Shown here piece after piece: positions 41,901 to 53,725 of a stretch of 64,000 nt of DNA. The notes under the pieces were generated by a model. That model saw nothing but the letters and a program-made list of their open reading frames with translations. It was not told the origin of the DNA and made no database searches. The translations under genes and the position numbers were made by a program. The DNA lies in NCBI RefSeq assembly GCF_964355755.1, contig NC_092671.1, positions 1,736,001 to 1,800,000 of the forward strand, in the 5' to 3' direction. Source of the stretch: Antedon mediterranea. Lineage: Eukaryota > Animalia > Echinodermata. Every line of letters starts with the position of its first letter. The stretch's first letter is position 1.

Positions 41901-44900
41901 AAAGATCATCAGCAACTTTACGTATGCTAAGTGCATCATCAATATCTTGACAACACTTGGGGTCAATAGTGAAAGTTTCAACATTTCTAAAATCGGTTCT
42001 CATTTTTATTTCATCTTCTGGAATTTTCCAATTTTCAGAAAACTTTTCGTCAAGTTTTTCACAGACTTTCTTCTTCCAGATATCTTCAACACCATGTATA
42101 AGCTTTAGAATTCTTATCCCCTCTGCTTTGTTAGTGGCTGGCGGCAGCTCTTCTGTAACAAATCCGATAGGATACAGCATTTTACTGTGCCATTTCCAAT
42201 AACGTACTACAAATAGTTTATGAGAACGGTCCTTATTTGTTACTAAAACTTTCTGCTGTGTATCAAAAAATGGCTTATCACTGTCTACCTGTTTACTTAA
42301 GGTATATATTTCAACAAGAAAATCCTCACTCGGTGGTTTGTTTTTATCCTTTGATAGAATATAAAGTTTTGGGAAAGCTTTATTTATTGGGACCATATGG
42401 TTATTGCTGTATTTATCTAGCATGCAGACTATTTTACGCAAATATGGGTCAGATGCTCTCTTCAAAATGTGGACAACTTTACCATGTTTTTCAGATGTGT
42501 CTTCTTCAGTTTTTTGAATATCAACAATAACCTCGTCCATGTTCAAAGCTTGCCCTCTATCATGCTTATTGATGATTGAAATCCTAGTGTTAATATGTTC
42601 ATCTAAAGTTGTAGCGTGTGTCTTTCCTCGAACATCAAGATGAAATATGCATCTTTTGTATTTTTCTGGTTCTGATTCTAGCAGTGGCTCGTATTTCTTG
42701 TCTTGATCTAATTCTTCACTTCTTATGATTGTGTCTATTTCTGGATCATACTCTTCAAAGAAATCAGAACCTTGAAGTTTTGAATAGTCTTTTTCAGGAA
42801 CAAATAACTGTTTCACAAGCTTTGTAAGATCCTCTAGTTCTTTGGTTTCTTTCACATCTGATGGAGGTCTACTTGCTGTTTTTTTAACTAGACCCCTAAG
42901 CACTTTCAAAATTGAATCATCCTTTGCTTTTACATCAATTTTATCACCTTTTGATTCGTAATTACCTTGTCCTTCATCAAAAAAGTTTTTATCGATATCT
43001 TTTGTGGTTAGAGGTGGGAAGTCCTCACTGATTTTTGCTTTGCTCTTTTTCTTTGAAACATCTTCATCCTTTTCTGTTACAGACGGTTTGAAGGTAGCAG
43101 CAGGTCCAATACCTTTACGTATTTGTTGGTCGCATGTCTGGAGGAATTTCTTCCAAACATTTGAGCAATTACCACGAATAGAATACATTGTTGTAGGATC
43201 TCCAACAACTACCAGAAGAGATTTGGCTCGTGTGAATGCAGTGTTTAACAGCTTTTTATCAGAAAGAAATCCATAACTTGCATCTGGACTATGGTATTTA
43301 CCAAAGTCGTATGTTTGTGGAATTGTTGCTTTTGTTCGCACAACATTGATGAACAATGCACGGAATTCTTTACCTTTAGAAAACAATATATATTTAAATA
43401 CATTAAGGATTAAAGAAATAAAGTAACAAGAAATCAATGCAACAAATGTGAATACTTTATGATGAGTTTCTTATGATTGAAAATATACTATATGTCAAAT
43501 GTAAAATGGATTGCAATATAATTGTTTGCAAATTGTTATGGTCTAATATAAACTACCTTGAATATTTCTAACACTCTCCACAGTCACATCTGGCAAATTT
43601 CGACTTCGGAGTTCTCTACGAATTTCGCGCACCTGAAATTTAAGTTAAGTTATAAGTAAGCTTTTGCTGTTTTTCTTACCTTAACTAATAAAAGTGTAAC
43701 ATCAAAAAACAAATCAAGTTTACATGCCTGAAATCCATAGGGTGTAACTACACCAATATCTATCTTCTTTCCCCATTCTTGCGGCCAGTTATGATAGAGA
43801 ACTTCCACTCTGATTCCAAGTTCTTCTACTTCATCATTATTCCAATATGATGTTCCTATGGGATGATCTTGGCCACTTACTGCGTAAAACGATAAAGGGT
43901 ACAGGGTGGGATGTGGTGGATGCTCCTTCATTGAAATTAGCTTTATTCCATAAAATGCTTCTGATACAAATGATAAAATTTCTTGACAGGTTCGGTAGTT
44001 GTTATACAGAAATATAGTATTTTTATCTCCTGTGTTTTCATAATGATCATGTAGACGTTTTAGAATAGATTGATCAAATCCAGCAATACGCGCTTCCTCA
44101 GAATAGACCTATAAAAATAATGTTCTATTATAATTTAACCACTGTATACCAAAGAATAGTTTGAATTAGATATAATACTACAGTATAAAATGCACAACAA
44201 TCTGTCGACATATAAGCTATTTTAAATTTGGAACATGAGGTTCTCAGACTCTACATCATAAGAATAATATTACCTTTGGGCTCATTTGCATATGATCACC
44301 AGCAATTGCTATGCATGTCGTTCTCTCGGCCATTGCTAACGGCATGATAGCTTGAGTCTCTAATGCCTGACCCGCCTCATCAATTAGTATGTGTGTGAAA
44401 TATCCTTTCACGTTCAGTCGTACTAAAGTCAAAGTCATATTAAGGGTACAGATGACAACTCGAGATCTTATCACATCGCGTTTGGTAGGTAGATTGATTG
44501 TGTTTGTGGTTTTGTCAATCAGACAATACTTCTTAACTTCTGAAGGAATGGTATTAATGCGTCGTCTAGAAGCATACACCCGAAGGAGTTTTGGACATTT
44601 GCGTTTTGAGTAACTTTTGTTGAGATATTTATCCAAATAATCAGTAATGTACAAATCTGCACTACTACAAGATCAAAATAAATGATTATTTAAAGATGTA
44701 TTGTCCCTTTGACTAATTTCGAAAAAAAGTGTCATTTTGAAGTATCATAATAATTATTAACTTTCACCAAAAATTAGTCGGAAAAAAATCATTTAACTGA
44801 AATACAGACGTTTTTTTGTTCAAAAAATAACTTTGACTGGAAGTCAAAGTTTTCTATCAAAACATATCTCATAATGCAACGCGGTTGTTTGGCTACTCTG

Positions 44901-47900
44901 TATGCATAATCATAAAACTTCCTCGCGATCTGTGTGAAAACACCTTCTCAACCGTGACGAGTTGTAAACAATCCTAATTAGCATTATGCATACTCGTGGT
45001 TTGAAATCTTTGTTTACTTTCCTCGCGACGATTTTCCAGACGAAATGTAATCAAATTAATTTACCTGTTAATTACGTAAACTTGTTGTTTTTGGCTCAAA
45101 TTTTCAACTTAAAGTGAATAACTTTAATATTACTTTGATATGGCCAATTTAAATTTATAATATTTTGACCTTCATTTTTTGTGTTTCAAGGGAAAATACA
45201 TCTTTAATCATTTGTACTGTAATAAGGAATACAGTAGCAATAATAAATGCAGAACTTGTTTAATCAAATATTTCAATTATAATCAAAATTGTCTGCCTAA
45301 AAAGATTCCCACTATAGCCTCAATTCAGATGCTATAATAGATGTTTTGAGAATACCACTCCCTGTAAGTAACAGTAGTAGTGTTTACTGTGTGACATTTA
45401 CTGGTTATTTTCAACTTTGAGTAAACGATATAGAGATATCATAATATATACACCAAAGTACATTAAATCAATTTACAAACCTATTTGACATGGTACAAAT
45501 CAAAACTGTTGTGTCATCTTTAAGAAGGATCTTTTTTACTGACTCTGCCATAGTTCGTGTTTTTCCTGTACCAAATGGACCATATATCACCAATGGTGGC
45601 CCGCTGATTGCTGGTGTTCCCGCCAAACACTGTATTACTTGTTCTTGGCCTTTGTTGTCGTTCTCTATTGGGAAATCATCTGGAATATGCAATCTATCTC
45701 CTCGGGTTGGTAATACAGAATCTAGATTTGTTAAACTATCAATAGCGAGGTGCATTTGACAGAAAAGTAAACGGTCAAGCTGAAACTGAAACTCAATGCT
45801 TTTCGGGCCAGCTTCCAGTTGAAGTTTTTCTACAAATTTTGCGTTCAGGTTTACATAGATGTAATCCCCACTGATACTTTCATTGGATACAATTTTAAGT
45901 TCGTAAGCTTCATTTGATTCTGAATCAAATTTGCACAATACCGTTTGTACAGATTCCATGATAAGCTGATTTGATTCAAAGTCAAAGTTTAGTGTGTCAG
46001 TTAAGTTTATTTTACCATAAAGTTCACCCTTTCGAGCAGTTAACAGTTCAGACTCAGCATAAGATTCAATTGTAATACTACTTAAAATGTCCATCTGTGC
46101 CATTGTGTTCAACCTATTGAAGAATTAAAAACATTATACATTTAGGCATCAGGGAATGGTCCCTCAGGAGACAACTAAGTAAAAATTCTATGTCACATAC
46201 CTGTTAATCATTTTCATTCTATCTCTCTCCTCCAAGTTCACCATATTGTGCATCCTATGTTTGTAATTTTCCCGAGTTAGCTCACTTTCATTCAAGTAAT
46301 CAATATTTAGATTCGCACTTGGTGGTTTGTACTTCCTTAAGAGGTCTTCGTCAGAAGAGCTGGGTTCAGTTGATCGGATTATCTCAGTATTACTTGTGTC
46401 CCAAATAATGGTGGACTGACTTTTACTATTACTTTCACATTCACCTTCAGCACCAACAAGAACTTTAAGTTCTCGAAACATAATTGGCTTCTTCCCAAAA
46501 TCAAAGACAACCCACTGATGGAAACTTCCAAGCTTGTGTGTGGTGAAATGTACATCTATGTTGTAGGCACCATATTCATCCATGATCATATTTCCAGGGC
46601 AAACCTGAGGTCTAACTTCTTTTTCTGGATGTGACAAGAAAAACTGCGAGCGATGTTCATCGTGTAGTAAGCCAATACGTTTTAGCATTTCTTTCTAAAG
46701 ATTAGTAATGATTTTTTTAGTCAAATTAAATGTCTATAATATGTTTTTACCAAAATTAGATTTTAAGAAAATCTGAATATGGGCACCAACCCAAGTGAAC
46801 TTGTGTATTTAAAAGAAGAATTAACTTCACTTACTTCAGTACATTTCACCTGAAAATGCCAACAGCCTTTAAATGTGTCATCAGACTTATTGGCATCAAT
46901 AAAACAGTCAAGTTTGCTGTCACAAGAAATCCAAATGTTTGGCAAATCTTTTTCAGTCATCTATAAATATTTATTTAATAGCATTAACAACCATTAAATT
47001 AATATTATTAATATTTCTATTCATTTGGTCATGTGGGAATAAAGCTTGATACAGTACAGTATGACCCTATTTACATCAACTATTTTTTAGGCTTTAAACT
47101 ATGACCGCGTGCGTTTACACTACACAGAGTGGTGACCTGAAGCTTGCAAATGCCGGCCCAAAGCCTACTCTAGAGTAGGATCAAAATTGTACCGGCTCTA
47201 GACCGACTCTGTTATTCCTAGAGCGTTTACACTTATATACTGTTGGCTTGGAGCTGGCTAATACTAAATGTGTATAATGGAGTTTTGTTTAGGGAATGCC
47301 CTCTATTCAAAATTAGAGTTCAAGGCAACCAGCGCAATATAATAATTCATTATTACATAATATTAATATTATTATTATTATTATTATTAGTCATTCAGAT
47401 CGAAACGTAAAAGTACATATACTATATATTTTGACTTACTTTTTACTTTAATTTCTCTTTAGGTTTGTTTTGTTATGTAATTTGAAAGTTGTAAACATAG
47501 AGTTTTCAATAGCCAAATTACTTATTTATAATAATGTTAATTACTGTAGGCCCCTACTGTGTAACAAAAAATTCATCTATAATGTACTGTACTCTTACCA
47601 CATCTGCCTTGATAAATGCTGAGTTGTACTCCTCCAAGAGTTGATCCATGAATATGAAGAGTTTACTCTTCTTTTTGTCTCTTTTCATCATTCGATATTC
47701 ATGTCGTTCTTTCCATTCTTCTAATTCTTCCGGGCTGTGTGCCTGCATGCATTGGTTACTAGCTGGGTCTGCGTTAGAGTGGGGACAATGATTCTGTTTG
47801 TTTCTGACAGTCAAGAAAAAATTTTTTTAATATCACTGCCATCAATGTTGAACTTATTATTTAATAGTCAAAATGAAATTTTGATGATGATAATGGTGAT

Positions 47901-49574
47901 GACAATGCAAGTATATATATATACCATCACCTATTTTTTGTTTACATTTAAAGGAAGTTTAGTTTATTAATCTAATCTTGAGATAAAAATATCCAAAATA
48001 CAATACCTATCACAAATTACAAATTGTCCATTGACAATTTTAAGAGGTGGATTTCGATATTTCCAATTTCTGTCAGTGTCTGAGTCAACCCACTTTTTGT
48101 GTTCTAAAGTGCTGATGTGGGGAAGCAGCAAATCAAAATCAATCTCGCAATAAGAACAGTGGTGATGTACAGGAATGCTCTGAGAGCTTACTTGTTGATT
48201 AGTTTGCAGTGTTCCCGATACTTCTGTAGCAGGTGTGGATATGTGAACCCTTTCAATATTCTGTGCTTTCTGGGTCTGATCCTGTTCAGCAGAATGCACA
48301 TCAGAAAAACTACCAAATGACAAGCCAACAAGCTGTTGGGGTTGCTGCCAGTAAGTGGGTAGTTCAACTGGTGACATGGTATTACTTAATTTCACACTTT
48401 TTTCATTTAGCTTATCAAGAGCAGCTATGTAAATTTGTCGATCTAACTGTGTCTCCCAAGTCTCTTCAAACTCCTGCCGATGTTCGTCTGTAAACAGTAT
48501 TCCTGCTATGTCTTTCAGAAGTTGCCCACTTTGATGCAGTTTCCATATATTTGTAAGAGCATTGGGATCAACAAAAGATACATGGAATACTATAGATCCT
48601 TTTGTTATTTCAACAGCTCCACTACCAGATGATCTAAAGTAAATATTAATTTTCTCTTGTTTGTCACAAGTTATAGAAAAAACAATTTCATTTTCAATTC
48701 CGTGTCTTTTTGAAGATTGTTGGTCTTCAGAATCGTCATATTTCCGTTTTCTAGATAGAGATATGGGTATTTGTTCACCTGTAAGAAAACACAAATATAC
48801 TTTATTCAAAGATGTTGAGTAAGAGAAAGTCATATGACTTTACAAAGGTAAGTAATTTTTTTAAAGTTTAATCTTTGTTTCAGAAAAAAAAAAAATATAT
48901 ATTCAGAAAAAAACCCCTAATACAAAAATTGTTGTATGATTGTTTTGGGATTTGAACAGAGTTTGTTTATTTCTTTTTAATGTTCTGTGCAATTAATTTT
49001 AGAATTAACATTAACACATTAGGTTACTCGTTTTAAACAAAATTTCAATAACAAAAGACAAATACATACTAATGTCAAGTAGACGATTCTTTGCTGTTTG
49101 GTTAAGACGACCTGCAAACCTCTTTATTTTTTCTGGATCATCTTCTAGAATTTTTTCCGTTTCCAGATGAAATACTAAATCCCAAGTAGTAGGGAAATCA
49201 TTGCTCATCAACTTGTAATAAGCAATAATTCTAGTGTAGTCCTTTTTACCAGCATCTCGTAATGCCTTAAACAGTCTTTTCCGATACCCTGATATATTTG
49301 TATCAGACGTATTTTGACCATTTTTTTTCATGTACTCAATTACAAGGGATTGTGCCTTTACTAAACATGAAAGGTTCGCAATTTGGAGCAAAACATGAAC
49401 ATCCTTATCTGCAATAACCCCAATATCTTCAAGGTCATTGAGTAACTGATTCCCTGATTCTGTAGAGGTAAGGTCATCTATAGTGAGGAATTCAAATAAG
49501 AGGAATCTCAACCATTTGTATCTTGGATTTTCGTAGAATGCACTGAAGCTACATTTAAAGTCCATGAAATCCAT
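26901..49574 (-). CDS. HELZ2: HELZ2-like helicase/exoribonuclease with N-terminal tandem DED and TRADD-N-like domain (about 2964 aa, 21 coding exons)
   Basis: Manually spliced, phase-compatible exons: 49574-49070, 48778-48007, 47803-47599, 46960-46835, 46694-46201, 46113-45481, 44664-44274, 44108-43728, 43632-43557, 43373-39896, 33342-33082, 32864-32776, 31828-31700, 31531-31400, 31132-30855, 30629-30433, 30336-30234, 29624-29394, 27854-27710, 27261-27094, 27001-26901. Motifs: C2H2 CSYC..H..H; CCCH-like C..C..C..AHS.EEL.EW; helicase 1 [30 protein letters not shown]; RNB TIDP....DIDDALS and [11 protein letters not shown]; helicase 2 GPPGTGKT, DEAG, GDHKQL, QYR, NVALTRA. The ZnF-SF1-RNB-SF1 order is diagnostic of the HELZ2 family. 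Confidence 0.9.
28143..28809 (+). mobile_element. Non-autonomous Helitron/Helentron-like element (intronic)
   Basis: 3' end has a perfect 10-bp hairpin GAACTCGTCA-AAG-TGACGAGTTC (28778-28800) followed by CTAG|T. The 5' region is T-rich with simple (TTCTTA) repeats, and the 5' boundary is approximate. Confidence 0.55.
32397..32645 (+). mobile_element. tRNA-derived SINE, copy 2 (intronic, antisense to host gene)
   Basis: A box TGGCTTGGTGG, intact B box GGTTCAAGTCC, anticodon-like stem CTTGG/CCAAG, 20-nt poly(A) tail. Confidence 0.88.
33662..34091 (+). repeat. 5' LTR (430 bp)
   Basis: TGTAGCAGACC...ATTACTAAA. By eye it differs from the 3' LTR by about 2 substitutions and 3 indels. Confidence 0.95.
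34093..34106 (+). promoter_or_regulatory. Primer binding site, tRNA-Trp-like
   Basis: TGGTGACCCTCGAC directly after the 5' LTR; close to the tRNA-Trp PBS TGGTGACCCCGAC. Confidence 0.75.
34132..35037 (+). pseudogene. gag: gag, with two frameshifts (near 34200 and 34410)
   Basis: ATG at 34132 (MEGQQQ...); [24 protein letters not shown] in a second frame; [10 protein letters not shown]...[18 protein letters not shown] in ORF 34414-35037. Confidence 0.85.
34995..38192 (+). CDS. pol: pol polyprotein (protease, RT, RNase H, integrase); RNase H locally disrupted
   Basis: DTGA protease, YIDD RT, DASD and TDHKPL RNase H, HHCC zinc finger and D-D-E integrase (HIDIVG, TTDRG, VERFH). Lies in the -1 frame relative to gag, with GGAAAAC at 35013-35019. 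Confidence 0.93.
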   Translation: MQSAVFGKLQRRQLNATNVAGRQIVSRLFFIVNKLSKQRFLRDTGAEVSVVPPTRHERLHRRQESTLTAANNTSINTYGHRSVTLDLGLRRTSQWLFVVADVTHPIIGADFLRHFGLLVDMNNRRLIDTTTNLSIQGVASKTSPLGLIFTTLEAKSNWDYILTKFPNITRPCYQEASLKHDVTHHIQTHGPPISSHPRRLAHDRCKTVRHEFEHMMQLGIIRPSKSNWASPLHMVPKKTPGDWRPCGDYRALNNATVADRYPIPYMHDFTASLHGSTIFSKIDLVRAYHQIPVEPADVHKTAITTPFGLFEFLRMPFGLRNAAQTFQRFIDQVTRGLDFCYAYIDDLLVASSNAEEHETHLHQLFTRLNEYSVVLNPAKCQFGVSSLEFLGHHVDSQGVRPLQVKVKAIQNFPQPTSLRKLREFLGLINFYRRFIPQCAQILQPVTALLVGAGKKQDLVWTDTALLGFNNIKVALASATLLTHPQPDAPLSIMVDASDVAIGGILQQCIDNNWQPISFHFIFSFLYSTTSGPGVATATERHNTFVLTVKHFRHSLEGRSFHIFTDHKPLVYALLAKPNRHSPREIRHLDFISQFTTDIRHVSGKANAAADALSRIELNTFSHNTTNIVDFSLIAAAQKNDDELHKLLESPSSLQFQNFPIPTSDSTILCDIFKGNPRPYIPQEFRRIIFDTLHSLSHPGIRATQRLITDRFVWPAINRDVRRWSQTCIQCQRSQVHRHTVSPLSTFSTPDARFDHVHIDIVGPLPPSNGFSYLLTFIDRFTRWPEAVPIPDITADTVAHAFVNRWIASFGIPSNITTDRGRQFESALFHSLANLLGTKHIHTTAYHPIANGLVERFHRHLKGSLKAHNDYTKWTEHLPIVLLGIRTALKADLGHSAAELVYGTTLRLPGQFFNSNSEHCDYSNYIDRLRDNMSKLRPTPIRTNSNRKSYINQEIFNCTHVVVRSDSVRKPLQRPYDGPFKVLSRTDKHFVLDLNGRQDTVSIDRLKVAHLDTDIFKSQEQTLTPKLQASPLVKPTNPSPILATPPRTTRSGRHVHFPQRFVSFYH
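38203..38211 (+). promoter_or_regulatory. Polypurine tract
   Basis: GGAAGGGGG 4 nt before the 3' LTR. Confidence 0.8.
38216..38629 (+). repeat. 3' LTR (414 bp)
   Basis: TGTAGCAGACC...ATTACTAAA followed by TSD CCTG. Confidence 0.95.
38690..39845 (-). mobile_element. 5'-truncated non-LTR retrotransposon (CR1/L2/Rex1-Babar-like RT C-terminus and 3' UTR)
   Basis: [44 protein letters not shown] and RLYFLRRL in ORF 39222-39839. It continues after a frameshift in ORF 38920-39177 (SHPL...RSFLPSA). AATAAA plus an (ATTGAAT)n tail at 38690-38725. Confidence 0.9.
44694..45203. mobile_element. Kolobok-like non-autonomous DNA transposon (510 bp, intronic)
   Basis: TTAA|AGATGTATTGTCCCTT ... AAGGGAAAATACATCT|TTAA: 16-bp TIR with 1 mismatch, AG..CT termini, TTAA TSD. 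Confidence 0.8.
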
Positions 49575-50080
49575 TGTTTTTCCTTCCAATACACGTTTTT
49601 GTCTGTAATAAATAATGGTAGTTTTGAAACACTGATTTCTGATAAAGGTGATTGTATACACTTTAGATGTTTATGATTGAGATGATTATGAAGAGCCTGC
49701 TTAAATGGTGCATTGTTTTATTTTTAAGCATTTTTTTAAAAACAATTTGTGTTTTGACATTTTCAGTAATTTGTACATTTTTGGGTGTGAAATGTAGTGA
49801 AATTTGTGGATGCTTTTTACATTTGTGGGCTGTACTGCATTGGCCTAGGGTTCTCGTTAATATTTTTGTTTGTGGTAGCCTATTTTATTGTTTTACAGCC
49901 ATAATCCGTTTTACAGTCATAATTAATTATAATTAAATCCATAGTAATTATCAATATTACTGTAAATCTTTAAAATCTTTCATAGGCTATCTGTTAAATA
50001 TCAATTTAAATAAAGTCTCGTAGTATACCATAGATCAAATAATATTGCTTCCTGCTTTGATATCCTGCAAATGAAGAGGG

Positions 50081-50315
50081 TTTAGTAGTCGGCGCAACGG
50101 TAAATAAAACAACTACTAAATATATACAGTAAACTATGCAATTTATTCCAAGTGAATCAAGTGAGGATTCTCAATAAATAGATAAAATATACAATGTTTG
50201 CTAAGAAAAGTGATGGTAACAGGAAGGTAACCTGTCAATGTGAGGTTAAATAAGAGATATATAAATAATCAAATTAAAAGTAAATGTTTAAAGGCTATGT
50301 GGTAGGTCTGCTACA
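50081..50315 (-). mobile_element. Solo LTR of the same gypsy family, internally deleted (235 bp)
   Basis: The reverse complement reads TGTAGCAGACCTACCACATAG...GTTGCGCCGACTACTAAA; own TSD AGGG at 50077-50080 and 50316-50319. Confidence 0.9.
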
Positions 50316-50333
50316 AGGGTATCTTTAACTTAA

Positions 50334-51892
50334 AGGGGGGTTCCGGGTTTAAAATGAATAGTAAAAAATGGAAAATATATTTGTTTGTCTCTTGAACGGT
50401 AAAAGTTTCAATTTATATAAGCGCCCAGTGAAGCAGAACGAAGGCTGTGAAATCAGGCCAGATTACAAGTGCAGCTACGGCAAAATCACACTGTGGTTAC
50501 AAAATAGGAAATTCGTGAAATGGTCCATCTTCCGACGACTCGTTATCATTAACCATATCAATTACTTTTGTAAAATTATACTTATCTGATGTAATTTTAG
50601 TCGGTCTTCCCATTTATAAAGTCAATTTTTTATGAAAATTCATCAAAACAGTGAAAAATTAGATATGTTTGCACTTTACGTTTGCCGATTTTCGCACCGA
50701 CTTAGGGAAAAATCAAAATCAATGAAGCGTAACGTATACTGTACATTCCTGCTGAGGATCGAGCGAGACGACGATACACGTGCTCTCTCTGCTGCCCATG
50801 CCTGGCATCATCACGTGATAAGCAGATACAACAATACCAAACTGGTCGGGTCGAGTATACCCCGTCTATAATCACAACATGAACGATGTACAGTATTTGA
50901 TTGAAGGTCGACTCGACCTACCGGAATGGTATAGATAATATAGCTCGAATGAGAGAGTTGGAATATTTGTGTAGTGCAGCCTATAGTAAAAGGCCTGGTA
51001 GTATCAATTCGCATAGGGTCTACTACACTAGCTAGCTCAATTTTTAACTGGGCCGGATCGGCTAGGTCTCCTTCCTACTACCTGGTCTACTTGCTTGATG
51101 CATGAGTATCCGCTTTTTTGGAGAGTAAACTAAGCCTATTTTATTTTAGGCCTACTTAGACGATCGGGACACCATACGTGTGGACGGCGATCGGACCTTG
51201 TTTTGCTTCAATATTTACAGCCGATTTTGTAGAACGTTTTAGGTTTAGATTGTTTAGGAGTTTGGTTGATAGGATGGGTTTGTTATTTATGGGCCAAACG
51301 TCTAGTAGTAGGCTAGCTCTAGGCCCATGGGCCCCATTGTTTTAACGTAGCCATCGTGGCATGGAATCCCTAGTCAGAATGGCTCTCGCCCATTAGGCTA
51401 GCCCTAGAGTAGTATTGTACGTGAAGCCGATAATACGATCTGTACTATAGAGGTATAAAAATAGTATAATTTATGACTCCGTAATCTGTACTAAATTTTG
51501 TATTTCATTAAATGTCAAATAAATATATGCTACTACTGTTATTATTACACTTTAGGCCTAGCTTAGAAAATCTATAAAAAAATGTATTTCACAATGATCG
51601 GGTGGTCGTCGTTTGACAGGGGAGAGAGATGTAAATTAGTTGACAAACACAACGTACATGACGTCACGAGTTTGGAATACGTGATTTTGTGAATATCTCA
51701 TGAATATTAATGAGCTTCCCTAAGCTGCTGAAAAACAGACTTTCCATGAATTTACCCTAAAATGTATATGAAATTTAATTTTTTTAATTTCTCGTTATTA
51801 CTTCTTCATTCTGACATGTCTATATTGTTATAATATTTTTTATTTAATAAATAAACGATATTTAAAAGCAATTTTAAACCCAGAATCCCCCT
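50334..51892. mobile_element. Kolobok-like non-autonomous DNA transposon (1559 bp)
   Basis: TTAA|AGGGGGGTTCCGGGTTTAAAAT ... ATTTTAAACCCAGAATCCCCCT|TTAA: 22-bp imperfect TIR, TTAA TSD, no transposase ORF. Confidence 0.82.
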
Positions 51893-53648
51893 TTAAAGCT
51901 AATTGAATAAATAAAAGACTTTATATACATTTTTTTTAAATGTATGCCTATCAGTAATGTATTCAGTTAAACTTTTTTTGGTTGATATTTCGGTTTTGAG
52001 TATATTGTGTTTATAAAGCATATAGGCCTTAGAATAAAATCTATAGACCAGATGCTAAACTGTCCAAGCGTATTTTTAGCTCGATCATGCTCAGAGGATG
52101 TGAAAATGGTTGCTGAAATGGTTATTAAAGATCTATAAATGGGGAGGGTTGTTAAGCAGCCTATAATTATGACCAATGATTACCCTACTTTTTGTTATAA
52201 CATATTGTCCTACCTTAAATGTATGTGTCTCCTAGGATTAAAAAGTAATATCCCTGGAGAAAGGCTGTTAATAAATCATTACCAAAGGGAAATGAGTTCA
52301 ACAAAATTAAGCCTCGACATGGTTTGATAGCCAGATAAAGGTAATTACACCACCGAAGTCTGATGTGAAATGATGCTATAGTGCACAAGAACAAAGGTGT
52401 AGGCTAGCATATCAATAATGTTATTATATTGTATTCAGTTGAAAGATGCTTAATATTTCAAGTAAAGGGCGCATCCACCGGAAGTTTACTTGGTGATTTA
52501 CTTGGTGATTTATTGTATTTATTTATTGGTGTTTACTTTTGGGTGGCGCACACACACACATTTTCTTTGATGGTGCAGCTAAAGTAAAACAATAAAACAA
52601 ATGAGAAAAAAAAGGAAATCATGTAGGCCTACATCACTATTTTTACAAAAAAAAACGAAATAACAAATTTACTCTGTAAAATGAAAAATAAAAAAATTAA
52701 TAACATTATCAAAATAGATAAAAAATAAACAGTGAATGTATAAATATAATGTTCTGTATTGATTTATAGTTCCTGTTTCTGCTGTAAAAAATAACTGGTT
52801 AATAACTGTGAATAATTTAACCCTAATTTCTTGGGAGCAGAAACAGGACAAATTTTCAATAAATTCAATCGATTCACCCCGATAAGCGCTTAAATGGCAA
52901 CCTGAAAATAATGGTTAAAAACACCCAATCGATTTGGTGTTGTATAGTTGTTATATTCAGTTCAAATGGTAATATAATCTAAAGTGCTAGTAGGTGTATA
53001 GTTTTGTGAAAATTAATGCATACATTATAATTACAAACAGGCCTGCTGCAAAAAGGAAATAAGAAAGACAAATTATAAAATTAGGTGGTAATATTGTATT
53101 AGTCATTTTGATTTGATTTTCTGAAAAAAAAATTGGTTGGGTAAAGTATACTGGTTAAAGTGCAAAAATAGGTCAGTAAAGTTCCAATTAGTCTATATAT
53201 TATTATTGATACATACTTACAGATTTACTTCTTTGCATGCATTTCTCCTAGTTTCTCTCCAAAACTCATTTACTCAAAAGTATGATTTTGTTATTAATGC
53301 TCTTTTAGTATCAAAAGTGAGCAGCAGTTATTGTTGTGGAGATAATAGGCCTACTGTAGCAACTATAATTATACAATAAATTATACAATGTACTGTATTG
53401 GGATAAACCCAAGCCAGACTGAACAAGGACCGAAGGTCTATGGTATAGCCATGGAGAATTTCTCAATGGCTATACCAGATAGAATAAATGAAGGTGTAAA
53501 TATGATTATTTACGTTTGCTTTCTCTATGATTAGACTGCGAATGAACCACTTCCATTCAAATAATAAAATAGGGCCTTTAATTACCTTTATATTTTTTAA
53601 TGGGTAGCTCCAGGTTTGAAATTTTTGATTGTTATAAAATATACTTAC

Positions 53649-53725
53649 CTTTTTGCAACAACATTTTTACACATTGAACAGTGTAGAAGCAGCGTTGTTT
53701 TAAAAAGGTCGTGACTTTTTCATGA
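53649..53725 (-). other. Candidate non-coding first exon of the HELZ2-like gene
   Basis: Consensus donor AAG|GTAAGT at 53649/53648. The ATG-containing exon has its own acceptor (TTACAG at 49603), so an upstream exon is implied. The 5' boundary is a guess. Confidence 0.35.

Noticed and set aside
39892-43437. Stand-alone DIS3L2/RNase R gene or bacterial transfer
   Set aside because: The ORF is one large internal exon with splice sites at 43373 and 39896, in phase with flanking helicase exons.
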